64,000 nucleotides of DNA from Gemmatimonadota bacterium (GTDB taxonomy: Bacteria > Gemmatimonadota > Gemmatimonadetes > Longimicrobiales > Gaopeijiaceae), in contig JAXHMG010000003.1 of the NCBI GenBank assembly GCA_034521595.1, positions 1,504,001 to 1,568,000 of the forward strand, read 5' to 3'. Made by a program: the position numbers and the translations under genes. Shown piece by piece: positions 29,543 to 40,804 of the stretch (its first letter is position 1; every line of letters begins with the position of its first letter). Under the pieces are notes generated by a model, which was given only the letters and a program-made list of their open reading frames with translations, did not search any database and was not told the origin of the DNA.

Positions 29543-30518
29543 CTGGCGCTCTCCCTCTGATGAGCATGTCGGGGTTCTGCTCCATCGAAAGCACGAGCGC
29601 GCGTAGCGCGTCCGCAGCGTCCTTCAGGCTGGCCATTGCCCCCTCCATCTGATATCCGATCCCCGAATCGGAACCCAGGAACCCACGCGTATCTTCCAGC
29701 GCCTGTCTCATCGTCTGCAACGTCAGCACCACTTCTTCATTCGTGTCTTCCAGCCGGGCCTGAAGCGGATCGATCATCCCGCCGAGCCGCTCCGCCATCC
29801 GCTCCATCTCGCTTAGGGTGCTCGTCGTCTGCTCGGCGATCCGCGGGACCTCGTCGAGCGCAACGCGCAACTCCGGGGCATCGGCCAGCCGTTCGACGGC
29901 CCGGGCCGAGGCCACCACGGTTTCGTTGATCTCCGCCATGTCCACCTCCTCGAGGATCTCGTTCACGCGGAAGAGGATCGCCAGCACGTCCCCGACGAGG
30001 CTACCGGCCTGGGTCCCGAACGCGGCGAGCATCGAAGGAACCGTCGGGATCTCCGGATAAACGGTCTGAGCGCGTCGGAGCGCGGCCGGCGCCGCGTCCC
30101 GACGGTAGGTGAGCTCGACGTAGAGCTGACCCGTGACCACGCTTTCCATCTGCAGCTGGGCCCGGAGACCGTCGGCGATCTGCTGCCGCAAGACGTCCGG
30201 ATCGTCGAGTTGGACGAAGGTGCCGCCCGCCGACGTGAGGCGGGTGAGATCGATGTCGTACTGGACCGGAACCTCGAAGGTCTTGTCCACCAACTCGATC
30301 TGGATGAGCAGGTTCGTCACCTGCCCGACCGGCACCCCCTGGAACTTCACCGGGGCGCCGACCTCCAGGCCGTTCACCGACTCTCCGAAGTAACTGATGA
30401 AGGTCGACTGCTTGCGGAACAGCGAGCCGGAGGCCAGCGCGCCGACTCCGATCACGGAGAGCAGGATGGCCCCGATCATGAACAGACCGATGGCGGTAGG
30501 GTTGGCGCGGGCGCTCAT
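29535..30518 (-). CDS. MlaD/MCE family protein
   Basis: SVNGLEVGAPVKFQGVPVGQV, GLRAQL, NPDMLIRG. Confidence 0.92.
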   Translation of the reverse strand: MSARANPTAIGLFMIGAILLSVIGVGALASGSLFRKQSTFISYFGESVNGLEVGAPVKFQGVPVGQVTNLLIQIELVDKTFEVPVQYDIDLTRLTSAGGTFVQLDDPDVLRQQIADGLRAQLQMESVVTGQLYVELTYRRDAAPAALRRAQTVYPEIPTVPSMLAAFGTQAGSLVGDVLAILFRVNEILEEVDMAEINETVVASARAVERLADAPELRVALDEVPRIAEQTTSTLSEMERMAERLGGMIDPLQARLEDTNEEVVLTLQTMRQALEDTRGFLGSDSGIGYQMEGAMASLKDAADALRALVLSMEQNPDMLIRGRAPGG

Positions 30519-31324
30519 GGCTGGGGTATCCGGATAGGCTCGTGGTTGGATGCTGGCGGCGGGTGACCGTCGGCTTCGCTGCTGCGCGTAAGAAATCGGC
30601 GCACTTCCTCGCTGGGTGGGTTGTCCCTTAGTTCGGAAGGGCTTCCGAGCGCGGTCATGGTCTTCTCCTTGATGTCCAGGAATAGCACTCTGTCGGCGAT
30701 CTTGAAGATGCTCGCGAGGTCGTGGCTCACCACGACGATCGTGGTGCCGAAGCTGCTACGGATCTGCAAGATCAGGTCGTCGAGGCGGCTCGCCGTGATC
30801 GGATCGAGTCCGGAAGACGGCTCGTCGAAGAAGAGCACCTCCGGGTCCAACGCCATGGCACGGGCGAGGGCCGCGCGCTTGCGCATCCCTCCGGATATCT
30901 GGACGGGATAGAACGTCTCGAAACCGCGCAGCCCCACCAGTGCGAGCTTCAGTGACACGAACTCGGCGATGGCCTCGGGGCCGAGGTCTGTGTACTCCTC
31001 GAGCGGTAGGGCCACGTTTTCGGCGAGCGCGAGTCCGCCCCGAAGCGCGCCGTTCTGGTAGAGCACCCCCATGCGGCGCAACATTCCTCGCTTCGCATCT
31101 TCGTCGGCCGCTCCGAAGTCGTTGCCGTCGAACAGGATGGATCCTTTCGCGGGCTTCCTGAGCCCGATCAGGTGCTTCAGGAGGGTGCTCTTCCCGCTCC
31201 CGCTCCCGCCCGCGATTACGAAGACCTCTCGCCGGCGGACATCGAAGTCCAGCTGCTGCATGATGACGTGCGTCCCGTACGCCATCGTCAAGCCTCTGAC
31301 TTCCACTGCCGGATTCTTGGTCAT
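30515..31324 (-). CDS. MlaF-like ABC ATP-binding protein
   Basis: GGSGSGKS, ISGGMRKR, FFDEPSSGLDP. Confidence 0.93.
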   Translation of the reverse strand: MTKNPAVEVRGLTMAYGTHVIMQQLDFDVRRREVFVIAGGSGSGKSTLLKHLIGLRKPAKGSILFDGNDFGAADEDAKRGMLRRMGVLYQNGALRGGLALAENVALPLEEYTDLGPEAIAEFVSLKLALVGLRGFETFYPVQISGGMRKRAALARAMALDPEVLFFDEPSSGLDPITASRLDDLILQIRSSFGTTIVVVSHDLASIFKIADRVLFLDIKEKTMTALGSPSELRDNPPSEEVRRFLTRSSEADGHPPPASNHEPIRIPQP

Positions 31325-31331
31325 GACGGCC

Positions 31332-32471
31332 TCAGATCTCGAGCAGGGCGGCCGTCCAGTCGATGACGGCGTTGGCGAGGATGATCAACGTGATGCCCGT
31401 GACCACAGCGGAGGTCGCCGCTCGCCCCACGGCTCCGGCGTCGCTGCCCGTCTGCATGCCCCGCATGCAGCCGGCCACGCCGATGATCAGACCGAAGACG
31501 GTGCCCTTGAAAACGCCGAGGAGCCCGTCGGCGAGGGTGATCGGCGTCAAAAGCCCTCCCACGAACTGGGTGGTGGTAAGATCCAGCAGGCTGACCGCCA
31601 CGATGAGCCCGCCCACGATGCCGATGAACATCGAATAGACGGTCAACAGCGGCATCATCACGAACAGGCCCAGTACGCGTGGCAGGACGAGGTGCTCCAC
31701 GGGTGACAGCCCGAAGGTCTCGAGGGCGTCGACCTCCTCCGTGATCTTCATGGTTCCGAGCTCGGCGGCGAACGCGGCCCCCGTGCGGCCGGCCATGATG
31801 ATTCCCGTCATCAGCGCTGCCATCTCGCGCAGCATCCCGAAGCCGACGAGGTAGGACACGTAGTAGCCGGCGCCGAAGCGGCGCAGCGTCACCGCTCCGA
31901 GAAAGGCGATGATCAGCCCGACGAGAAAGCTGATCAAGGTGACGATGGGGAGTGCGCCCGAACTGTTCGATTGCACCACCGACCAGAAGTCCCGCCAGCG
32001 CAGGCGTGCCCTGAACCGGAGCAGCCTCACGAAGCCGGCCGCCACTTCTCCGGTAAAGGCGACGGACGCGAGGAAGCCTTCGAATGCGGAAATGCTTTTT
32101 GTGCCGAGCACGGCCAGGAACGACGTCTCCTGGTCCCCGGGATCCAGGTCCGCCTCCGGCACCGCCTCGGCGAGATCGAGGAGCCGCGCGATGTTCTCCG
32201 GCAGGCCTTCTTCTCTGAACTCGAGCCCGTGAGCGTCGCAGTAGGTCAGGCCCTGCATCAGAAATGTCAGCAGGCTGCTGTCCCATTCACCCAGCTCCGA
32301 GGTGTCGAACCCGATGCCGCGCGCCGTCCGCGTTGCTGCCCCGTCTTCCAGAAGCTGCGCGAAGCGCGGCGTTGGACGGCCCAGTTCCCAATCGCCGGAT
32401 AGCCCGGCGATGAGCAGATCGTCCTTCTGGTGGATGTCTACCTGCAAGGGGGGCCGCCTTTGAAGAGGCAC
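31332..32471 (-). CDS. MlaE family permease with N-terminal STAS-like domain
   Basis: LREMAALMTGIIMAGRTGAAFAAELGTM, VGRAATSAVV. Confidence 0.93.
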   Translation of the reverse strand: MPLQRRPPLQVDIHQKDDLLIAGLSGDWELGRPTPRFAQLLEDGAATRTARGIGFDTSELGEWDSSLLTFLMQGLTYCDAHGLEFREEGLPENIARLLDLAEAVPEADLDPGDQETSFLAVLGTKSISAFEGFLASVAFTGEVAAGFVRLLRFRARLRWRDFWSVVQSNSSGALPIVTLISFLVGLIIAFLGAVTLRRFGAGYYVSYLVGFGMLREMAALMTGIIMAGRTGAAFAAELGTMKITEEVDALETFGLSPVEHLVLPRVLGLFVMMPLLTVYSMFIGIVGGLIVAVSLLDLTTTQFVGGLLTPITLADGLLGVFKGTVFGLIIGVAGCMRGMQTGSDAGAVGRAATSAVVTGITLIILANAVIDWTAALLEI

Positions 32472-32610
32472 GACTGCGTCTCAGGACCGTGTTTTCGCCC
32501 CCGGCGAAGGTCCATCATCAACGCAGGTGTCGCTAGTGGGGGCCGAGTGCGTGACGCCGAAGAGAACGGTTTCCCGCGCTCGGCAGAGCCCTCTCCGGAT
32601 CCTCTCTACC

Positions 32611-33642
32611 TCACTGGCCGGGATCGGCCACGAGAAGTCTGAACTCTCCGCGGCGGTTCGCCGCGTCGGCCCGCTCTCCGGGGCCGTCGATCACGAGCTC
32701 GTTCTGACCGCGGGTCGCGATCTGAACCCGCGTGGCGGAGACGCCCTTCGAAACCAGGTACGCCTTGGTCGCCTCGGCCCGCCTGAGACCCAGCGCCATG
32801 TTGTACGCCGCCGTGCCGGGCTCACTCGTGTACCCGGTGATGACGATCCGCATCGCCGGGTCACTCTGGAAGATGCCGACCTTGCTGTCCAGAATGGCCC
32901 GCGCAGCGGCACTCAGCTCCGACGAGTTGTTCGCGAAGTGGATCACTTCGGCCATGGTCGCCGCGTCGGTCGCGGCGCCGGCACCCGCGGCCATCATGGC
33001 CCGGTGCTCGGCTTCGACGGCGCGGAGCCGCGCGGTCTCGGCCGCACTGACGGAATCCGCGCGCTGCGGCGTCGGAGCCGTCGCGGGCGCCTGGACCTGG
33101 ACTTCCCGCGTAACGGTGCGGGTCTCCACCGCCGGGTGACGGTAGATGCTGATGCCGGCGTGGATGGCCCGGTTCCAGCCCCCACCCATGGACATACGAT
33201 CCGTGATGGCGTCCACACGGAGAGCCACGTTGTCGGAGATCGCGTACTTGGCTCCGAGAAGCCCGTGGATCCCGTAGCTGACGTGGAAGTTGGTGTCGAA
33301 GTCATTGACGCCGGCGCCCACGAGGAGCGAAAGCGGGCCCACCTTGACGGGCACTGCGGTCAGCCGTGCGGCGACCATGCCCACGTTCACGTCGGCGAGC
33401 CCGAGCGAACGGCTCGCGCTGCTGCCGCCGCCCTCGAACTCCGCGGACAGCCATGGCACGATGAAGACGCCGATCCGGCCGCCTGCGCCCCAGCCGTTGT
33501 CCATGTTGAGACTGTTGTCGTAGGAGGTGCTGCTGCCGAATCCTCCGACCTCCATCGTCCCGCGTACCTGCGAAGCGGCCGGTGCGGCCGATGCGGCCGC
33601 CACGAGCAGAACGACGCCTATTGTAGTGGTTCTGACGAACAT
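32611..33642 (-). CDS. OmpA family protein (beta-barrel plus peptidoglycan-binding domain)
   Basis: IHFANNSSEL, YNMALGLRRAEA, NRRGEF. Confidence 0.9.
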   Translation of the reverse strand: MFVRTTTIGVVLLVAAASAAPAASQVRGTMEVGGFGSSTSYDNSLNMDNGWGAGGRIGVFIVPWLSAEFEGGGSSASRSLGLADVNVGMVAARLTAVPVKVGPLSLLVGAGVNDFDTNFHVSYGIHGLLGAKYAISDNVALRVDAITDRMSMGGGWNRAIHAGISIYRHPAVETRTVTREVQVQAPATAPTPQRADSVSAAETARLRAVEAEHRAMMAAGAGAATDAATMAEVIHFANNSSELSAAARAILDSKVGIFQSDPAMRIVITGYTSEPGTAAYNMALGLRRAEATKAYLVSKGVSATRVQIATRGQNELVIDGPGERADAANRRGEFRLLVADPGQ

Positions 33643-33783
33643 TGTGATTCTCCTGGAGAAGTTCCTGGTCGCGGGCTGGTTCGCCTGCCTGACGAGGCGT
33701 CCGCTGGAACTCGGTGCGGAGCCGCGGTCCTGTCGTTGGACCATCGTGCCGGAGCCGGCCAATTGGCCGGCTCCGGCCCCCGG

Positions 33784-35049
33784 TCACGGAAGGGTGATGG
33801 TGTTGTTCGTGCCCAGCGAGACGGCCCCGTTCCTGGCCAGCGCCCTGCCGTTCAGATTCGCGTTGTCCACCAGCGTGATGCTGGTCAGCGCGAGGATGTT
33901 GCCCTGCCACTGCGAGGCGGTGCCGAGCGTGGCGGAGCTGCTGACCTGCCAGTAGACGTTGGCGGCCTGTGCGCCGTTGATCAGCACGACGTCGCCCGCG
34001 GTCGTCAGCGAGGTGCCGGCCTGGAAGATGAAGACCGCGTCCGGATCGCCGCCGCCGTCGAGCGTCAGCGTACCGGTCACGCCGATACCGCTCTCGGTGC
34101 AGTAGACGCCGGCCGGCAATGTGGTGCCGCCCAGGTCGGCCACGATGGCGTTGCTCGGGTCGCAGGGGAGCCCGGCGAGCTGGTCGTACGCGTTGACGAG
34201 GTCGATCTGGGCCTGCTCGGCGACCGCGGTGGCGAGTTCCTGCACACCGGTGATGGTGCACGGCGGGAAACCGGAGACGTCACTGCCCGGGTGGATGCTC
34301 ACGTCGGCGTCGATGGTGCCGAGGTCGATGCAGGTCACTTCCGTGCCCGCGATGATGCCGTTGGGCTCGGCGGCCCCGAGGATCGAAGCCGGATCATTGG
34401 CGGCGACGACCGTGACGGTCGCGAACCCTGACAGGGTGCCGCTGGTGGCCATCACGGTGTTGGTGAAGGTTCCACCCACGCTTCCGGCGGTGAAGACGCC
34501 GGTACTGGCGTCGATGGTGCCTCCACCCGCTTCGACCGACCACGTGGGCGTGACTGTGACGGGATTGCCGCCCGCGTCTTCGGCCGTAGCGGTGAACTCC
34601 TGCACGCTGTTGACGAGCATGGACTGCGGGTCAGGGGAGACGGTCAGGCTCTCGGCCGGCCCGGCGGTCACGGTGACCGTCGCGGAACCGGAAATGGCGC
34701 CGCTCGTGGCGACCACGGTGTTCTCGAAGGTTCCGGTCGTCGTACCCGCGGTGAATATCCCGCTGGCGTCGATGGTGCCTCCACCCGCTTCGACCGACCA
34801 CGTGGGCGTGATCGAAATGGCGTTGCCCGCGCCGTCCACGGCCGTGGCGGTGAACTGCTGGGTGCCGTTGATCTCCATCGTCGTCGCGTCGGGCGTGACG
34901 GTGATCGTGGCGATGTCGCCGGGGCCAGACGGCGAGTGGACGTCACAGGAAGCGGACATCACCGCGACGAGCGCCGCTGCGACGACCCACCGGCCGGTCT
35001 TGAAAGGGGTGTGCGGCGCTCTTGGCGCGCGGTTCGTCGGGATTTTCAC
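33784..35049 (-). CDS. Ice-binding-like (DUF3494) lipoprotein with two Ig-like repeats
   Basis: Lipobox SASC; two TPTWSVEAGGGTIDAS repeats; LGGTTLPAGVY, VYWQVSSSATLG, GRALARNGAVSL. Confidence 0.9.
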   Translation of the reverse strand: MKIPTNRAPRAPHTPFKTGRWVVAAALVAVMSASCDVHSPSGPGDIATITVTPDATTMEINGTQQFTATAVDGAGNAISITPTWSVEAGGGTIDASGIFTAGTTTGTFENTVVATSGAISGSATVTVTAGPAESLTVSPDPQSMLVNSVQEFTATAEDAGGNPVTVTPTWSVEAGGGTIDASTGVFTAGSVGGTFTNTVMATSGTLSGFATVTVVAANDPASILGAAEPNGIIAGTEVTCIDLGTIDADVSIHPGSDVSGFPPCTITGVQELATAVAEQAQIDLVNAYDQLAGLPCDPSNAIVADLGGTTLPAGVYCTESGIGVTGTLTLDGGGDPDAVFIFQAGTSLTTAGDVVLINGAQAANVYWQVSSSATLGTASQWQGNILALTSITLVDNANLNGRALARNGAVSLGTNNTITLP

Positions 35050-35197
35050 AGGTACTCTCCTAATGCAGTTTATGCGCTTCTCGAATGTTTCGGGTGCGGA
35101 CCCTTACGGCTGGTCCGCTGATTCCCTGCTTATAAAGATGCCGGCAGCGCCTTCCGCGTACCATCAGCCGATCGGGGGGAAGGAGAGGGATGGCCGG

Positions 35198-35218
35198 CGG
35201 GTGACCCGGAGTCACCCG
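35198..35218. promoter_or_regulatory. Palindromic site upstream of the DUF3494-ompA operon
   Basis: CGGGTGAC-CCGGA-GTCACCCG perfect 8-bp inverted repeat. Confidence 0.45.
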
Positions 35219-35262
35219 AATGGATTAGAGCCGTCGAGGGAGAGGGGGTGGAGGGGAGAGCG

Positions 35263-35607
35263 TCAGCTTCCTTCCGGTTCTACCGCGCCCCCGACCGGTA
35301 CCGGGTCGGTGACCAGAAAGTCGACACCGAGCGCCCTCAGCTCCGTTTCGAGCTTCTGATGGATATCGAGGTCCAGCTCGGGGCTGTCGCTCACGATCAA
35401 CACGTGGGTCACCTGCGGCTCCGTGATCAATCGGGCGGTCCAGGTCCGGGCTTCTCGTTCCGCAACGCCGTGTTCCCCTTCCAGAAGGCCACGAAGTGCC
35501 GCCATACCCTGTTCGCGGTGCGGCGGCATCAGCTCGTACCCATACGCCCACAGAGTGCGTCCGGAGGAGGGTGTCCCATCCTCGGCGACTCGTCTCTTAT
35601 CCACCAT
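35263..35607 (-). CDS. Hypothetical protein
   Basis: 114-aa ORF with RBS; WAYGYEL...HVLIVSDSP. Confidence 0.7.
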   Translation of the reverse strand: MVDKRRVAEDGTPSSGRTLWAYGYELMPPHREQGMAALRGLLEGEHGVAEREARTWTARLITEPQVTHVLIVSDSPELDLDIHQKLETELRALGVDFLVTDPVPVGGAVEPEGS

Positions 35608-35792
35608 GATGTTATCCCCTCCGGGTAAGCTCGAACCCGCACGTGGCGCCGATTCCAGCTTCAGGGACTCGGGTGCCCGCGGCAGGGATCGGCGACTTGC
35701 GAGCCAGAGCGCTCACGTCTCGATACGGACGCTAGCGGCCCCCCCGGGGGGGAGCCATCCCACGAACGGGGGAGGACCGGGGGACGAAAAGG

Positions 35793-36449
35793 CTACTCTG
35801 CCTCTTCTTCGTCGACGGTCGTCTTGTGGAGGTATGCCGCGATCTGGAGGCGGGTGCGCAGCGCCAGCTTGTCCATGATGTTCCGGACGTGGCTCTTCAC
35901 CGTGTGAGGAGAGATGCCCAGGGTTTTGGCGATGGCCTTGTTGCTCAACCCGTCCCCGATCAGGGCCACCACCTTCCGTTCCCGAGCGGTCAGTTCGGTG
36001 GCCTCGCTCACCTCTTGGAGGTCCCGGGCGACGGCGTTCTCGACGATCTGGGCGAAGAGGGTCGAGGTCATCGCGGGGGGTAGGACGGTCTTTCCCGCGG
36101 CGACCGACCGGATGGTGGTCACCAACTCCTCGAGCGTGGCCTCCTTCAGGATGAATCCCGCAACGCCGACGTTGATGAAGTCGACGAGATCCTCGTGGAC
36201 GGGAAGGAGGTCCATGACGATCACCTCCATCGCCGGAAGCTCGCTCTGTATGCGCTGGGCCAACTCCAGGCTGTCGTCGTCCTCGAGGCCCACGTCCAGG
36301 AGAAGGACATGAGGCTTCGCTGCCGCGAGGCCCTCGAGGCTACCATTCGCGTCGGAATAGGTGACGGCGAGGTCTTCCTGCTCGTTCAGCCTGAGTGTGA
36401 GTCCCTCGCGAACGAGGCGGTTGTCCTCGATGATGGCGATTCTGATCAT
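35793..36449 (-). CDS. NarL/LuxR family response regulator
   Basis: IAIIEDN, LLLDVG, LTARERKV...SNKAIA...TVKSHV. Confidence 0.93.
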   Translation of the reverse strand: MIRIAIIEDNRLVREGLTLRLNEQEDLAVTYSDANGSLEGLAAAKPHVLLLDVGLEDDDSLELAQRIQSELPAMEVIVMDLLPVHEDLVDFINVGVAGFILKEATLEELVTTIRSVAAGKTVLPPAMTSTLFAQIVENAVARDLQEVSEATELTARERKVVALIGDGLSNKAIAKTLGISPHTVKSHVRNIMDKLALRTRLQIAAYLHKTTVDEEEAE

Positions 36450-36471
36450 GGAGCGTAGGATGGAGGCGGAA

Positions 36472-36759
36472 ATGAGACGACTTACCTTGTTGGGCCTGTT
36501 GTTCGCATCGGCGCTGGCACCAGGAGCCCTGGAGGGCCAGACTCTCACGGGGAACGTGCAGGATCAAGCCACCGGCCAGCCCCTGGCATCCGCTCAGGTC
36601 TACATTGCCGGTCTCGATATCGGGGGGCTGACGCAGGCGAACGGCGACTACCTCCTGCTCAACGTGCCCCCCGGGACGCACGCGGTCACCGTGCAACAGC
36701 TCGGGTACCAGACCCAGAGCCGGGAAGTGACGGTCGCTACCGGCCAGACCGCCGTCCAA
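36472..36759 (+). pseudogene. 5' fragment of a SusC-like/carboxypeptidase-regulatory-domain gene, truncated by the IS91-like element
   Basis: Signal peptide, TGNVQDQATGQPL...YLLLNVPPGTH, similar to the SusC N-terminus at about 49.2 kb; similarity stops at the element end. Confidence 0.8.
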
Positions 36760-38050
36760 GGAGAAGGAAATTCAACCGGGGTCGGTCCCGCCAGAAGGAT
36801 CGTAGTTCGACGGGATTGGGTCCCGCAAGAACGGTTCTCGCACGGGTTTCGATGTCCTGCGGCGGGGTGCCGAGCGCGCGCGGGGTGCAGGCTCCGCACG
36901 GATGGGCGCACGGGTCGCCCTGATGTCTTGCTGGGCGGAGGTCGCGCAGGCGGCGGCTGAGCCCCGAGGCCTGGGCGGCTCAGGCGCTCCAGGTCCCGTC
37001 GTCTCCGGGCAGGCTCTGATCGAAGGGGTCTGGGCCCGCGGCCGCATGGCTTCCCTGATCCCAGGGCGAGGGCGGATCGACAGCGATGAGCTCGGTCTGC
37101 GGCGCGCCTCGGGCGGGCGAGATGGGTGGCGGGTGTTCGGGGATGCGCAGATGCCGGAGGAGGGGGCGTACGACCGCCGGGTCGGTGAGAAAGGCGAGGA
37201 TGCGCATCTGACCGTGACAGGCCGGACAGCGCAGCGGGTCGATCTCGTAGACGCGCGCAAGGAGCTGGGCCCAGCGACGGCGGGGGCCGCGGTCGGGCCC
37301 GCGATCGCACACGGAGCCGGGTGCGGTGGCGTCCCCAGCGGGCTCCGAGCTGGATGCCACCTCCTCCGCGTCCCGCCGCTGGAGGATCGGCGTGAGCGCC
37401 CGTGCACGCTCGGCGTCCAGCCCTACGGCCGAGTGGAACTGAAGCGGAGCGCCCTCCTCGCCGTGCTCCCGCGCGAACAGACCATCGGTGACCGCCACGT
37501 GGAAGTGAGGGTGCGGATTCAGGCCCGACCCGAAGCGGTGCAGGAAGGACACGGCGCCGAGGCGGGCGTCGGACGCGGCGCCTCGGACGGAGTCGCGAAG
37601 CTCGTTCCTTATGACCCGAAGCAGGATGCGCAGCACGGCGCCTGCCAGATCCGAGTTCCGCAGGAGGTGCGGACGCACCCGCTTGGGTACGGACAACACC
37701 CACTGACGTATCGGTACGGCCGGTACCACGCTGTCGCTCAGGTGGGCCGCGACCTCGACCATGCGCCGATTCGTACACGACGGGCAGACACATCTCCCCT
37801 TGCAGCTGAACGCCACCAGCCGCTCCTGCCCGCACTCGGTGCACCGCGCCCGAGCGAAGCCGAACGCCAGAATACCGCACGTGAGGTAGCGGCGGAACTC
37901 GGGCTCGGCCCATGGAGGCAGATGATTGACCTCGCCCTCGTCGACCATCGCGAGGTACGTCTCGAGATGGTGCTGGACCACTTGGTAGAGAGGCGTCTGC
38001 TCCGGGTGCCGCCGTCGGTAGACGGGCGACGGCCAGAACCCCGATCGGGC
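36760..38050 (-). mobile_element. IS91/ISCR-like element with an internally deleted transposase (ORF 36980-37981)
   Basis: Zn-binding domain, HUH motif HPHFH, C-terminal CPAC; ori-like end GGTTGAATTTCCT at about 36765-36777. Confidence 0.85.
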
Positions 38051-38103
38051 TAGGGCCTGTTAACACTAGCGGGGTGATGGGCCATCTTCATGATGGCGAA
38101 GTT
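38050..38103 (-). mobile_element. IS5-family end remnant
   Basis: TAGGGCCTGTTAACACTA terminus encoding ...HPASVNRP* as at IS5 transposase C-termini (from recall). Confidence 0.55.
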
Positions 38104-39620
<1,517 letters not shown>

Positions 39621-39730
39621 GCCCCGAGTTGCCTTGCCACCCCATTGCCCTGGGGCGCCCTGGCACGGACACTACACTCGCGGGGGCCACCCCGCACCAA
39701 CCCGAGCCGCGAAGGAAGGAGAGAAGCGAG

Positions 39731-39830
39731 ATGTCCGTCGGACGAGCCCGTACCCGAGTCGTCGGCACGGCCGCGCCCAGAGAGACCGTCCGGGCGGCGG
39801 CGGAGCGCATGACCGAACACGACGTGGGCC
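39731..39830 (+). pseudogene. CBS-domain gene 5' fragment
   Basis: MSVGR...ETVRAAAERMTEHDVG then breaks off. Confidence 0.5.
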
Positions 39831-39852
39831 CCGGGATCAAGGCGGAAGCCCG

Positions 39853-40761
39853 ATGAAGCAGGTCATGGTCGCCCTGGATGGATCGTCGTTCGCGGAGCAG
39901 GCGCTCGGTCCCGCCATCGACATTGCGAACCGCGCGGGGGGCCGCTTGGACCTCGTCAGCGTCTGCAACCCGGCCGACGCCGGCCCCGCGCTGGCCGACG
40001 TGGAGCTCTCGCTGGAGGAGGAGGTGAGCCGGTACCTGGACGACGTGCGGGAGAAGATCGGTCCGCACGACGATCTGGAGGTGGAGGCCCGCGTATTGAC
40101 GGGCTATCCCGCGGCTGCCCTGGTCGAAGAGGTCGAGGAGCGTCGCGTGGATCTCGCGGTCCTCTCGACCCACGGCCGAGGCCCTGTGAGTCGCGCATGG
40201 CTGGGAAGCGTTGCCGATCGCTTCGTCCGTGAGGCCCCCTGCCCCGTCCTCCTGGTGCGGCCCGACGAGACCGACGGCGCGGCCGACTTCAACGAGCCCT
40301 TCGAAGTCCGGCACGTGGTCGTGCCCATGGACGGATCGGAGGTGGGCGAAGCCGTCCTGGAGCGTGCGGCCGAGATGGCTCGCCTCTTCGGCGCGCGAAT
40401 CACCCTCTTTTCCGCCGTCGGGCGTCGAGAGCTCATCAATCGCGACTTCGTGCCCCACGTCGAGTACGTCACCTACGACCGCCTCCTGAGCGACCGCGTG
40501 GCCCAGGCACGAACCGAGTTGGAGGAGATCCGGGAGCGCCTGCGAACACGAGAGATCACAGCGGACGTCGTCGTCGTCGAGGACTCCAACCCCGCCACGG
40601 CGATTCTGGAGTTCGTGTCCAGTGAGAAGCCGGACCTGGTGGCCATGGGCACCCACGGTCGGAAAGGCATGGCCCGCATGGTCCTCGGGAGCGTCGCGGA
40701 CAAGGTGGTGCGGAGTGCGACCACTCCGGTGCTTCTCGTACGACCTCCGTGGGAGGAGTGA
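39853..40761 (+). CDS. Universal stress protein (tandem USP domains)
   Basis: VALDGSSFAE, STHGRG...LGSVAD, MGTHGRKG...LGSVADKVV. Confidence 0.93.
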   Translation: MKQVMVALDGSSFAEQALGPAIDIANRAGGRLDLVSVCNPADAGPALADVELSLEEEVSRYLDDVREKIGPHDDLEVEARVLTGYPAAALVEEVEERRVDLAVLSTHGRGPVSRAWLGSVADRFVREAPCPVLLVRPDETDGAADFNEPFEVRHVVVPMDGSEVGEAVLERAAEMARLFGARITLFSAVGRRELINRDFVPHVEYVTYDRLLSDRVAQARTELEEIRERLRTREITADVVVVEDSNPATAILEFVSSEKPDLVAMGTHGRKGMARMVLGSVADKVVRSATTPVLLVRPPWEE

Positions 40762-40804
40762 GCCGCTCGGACCGGGCGAGCGACCGAGTGCGGGACAACG
40801 AGCC

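Noticed and set aside
40762-40804. Cobalamin riboswitch upstream of cobB
   Set aside because: The intergenic gap is only about 43 bp and has no B12-box.
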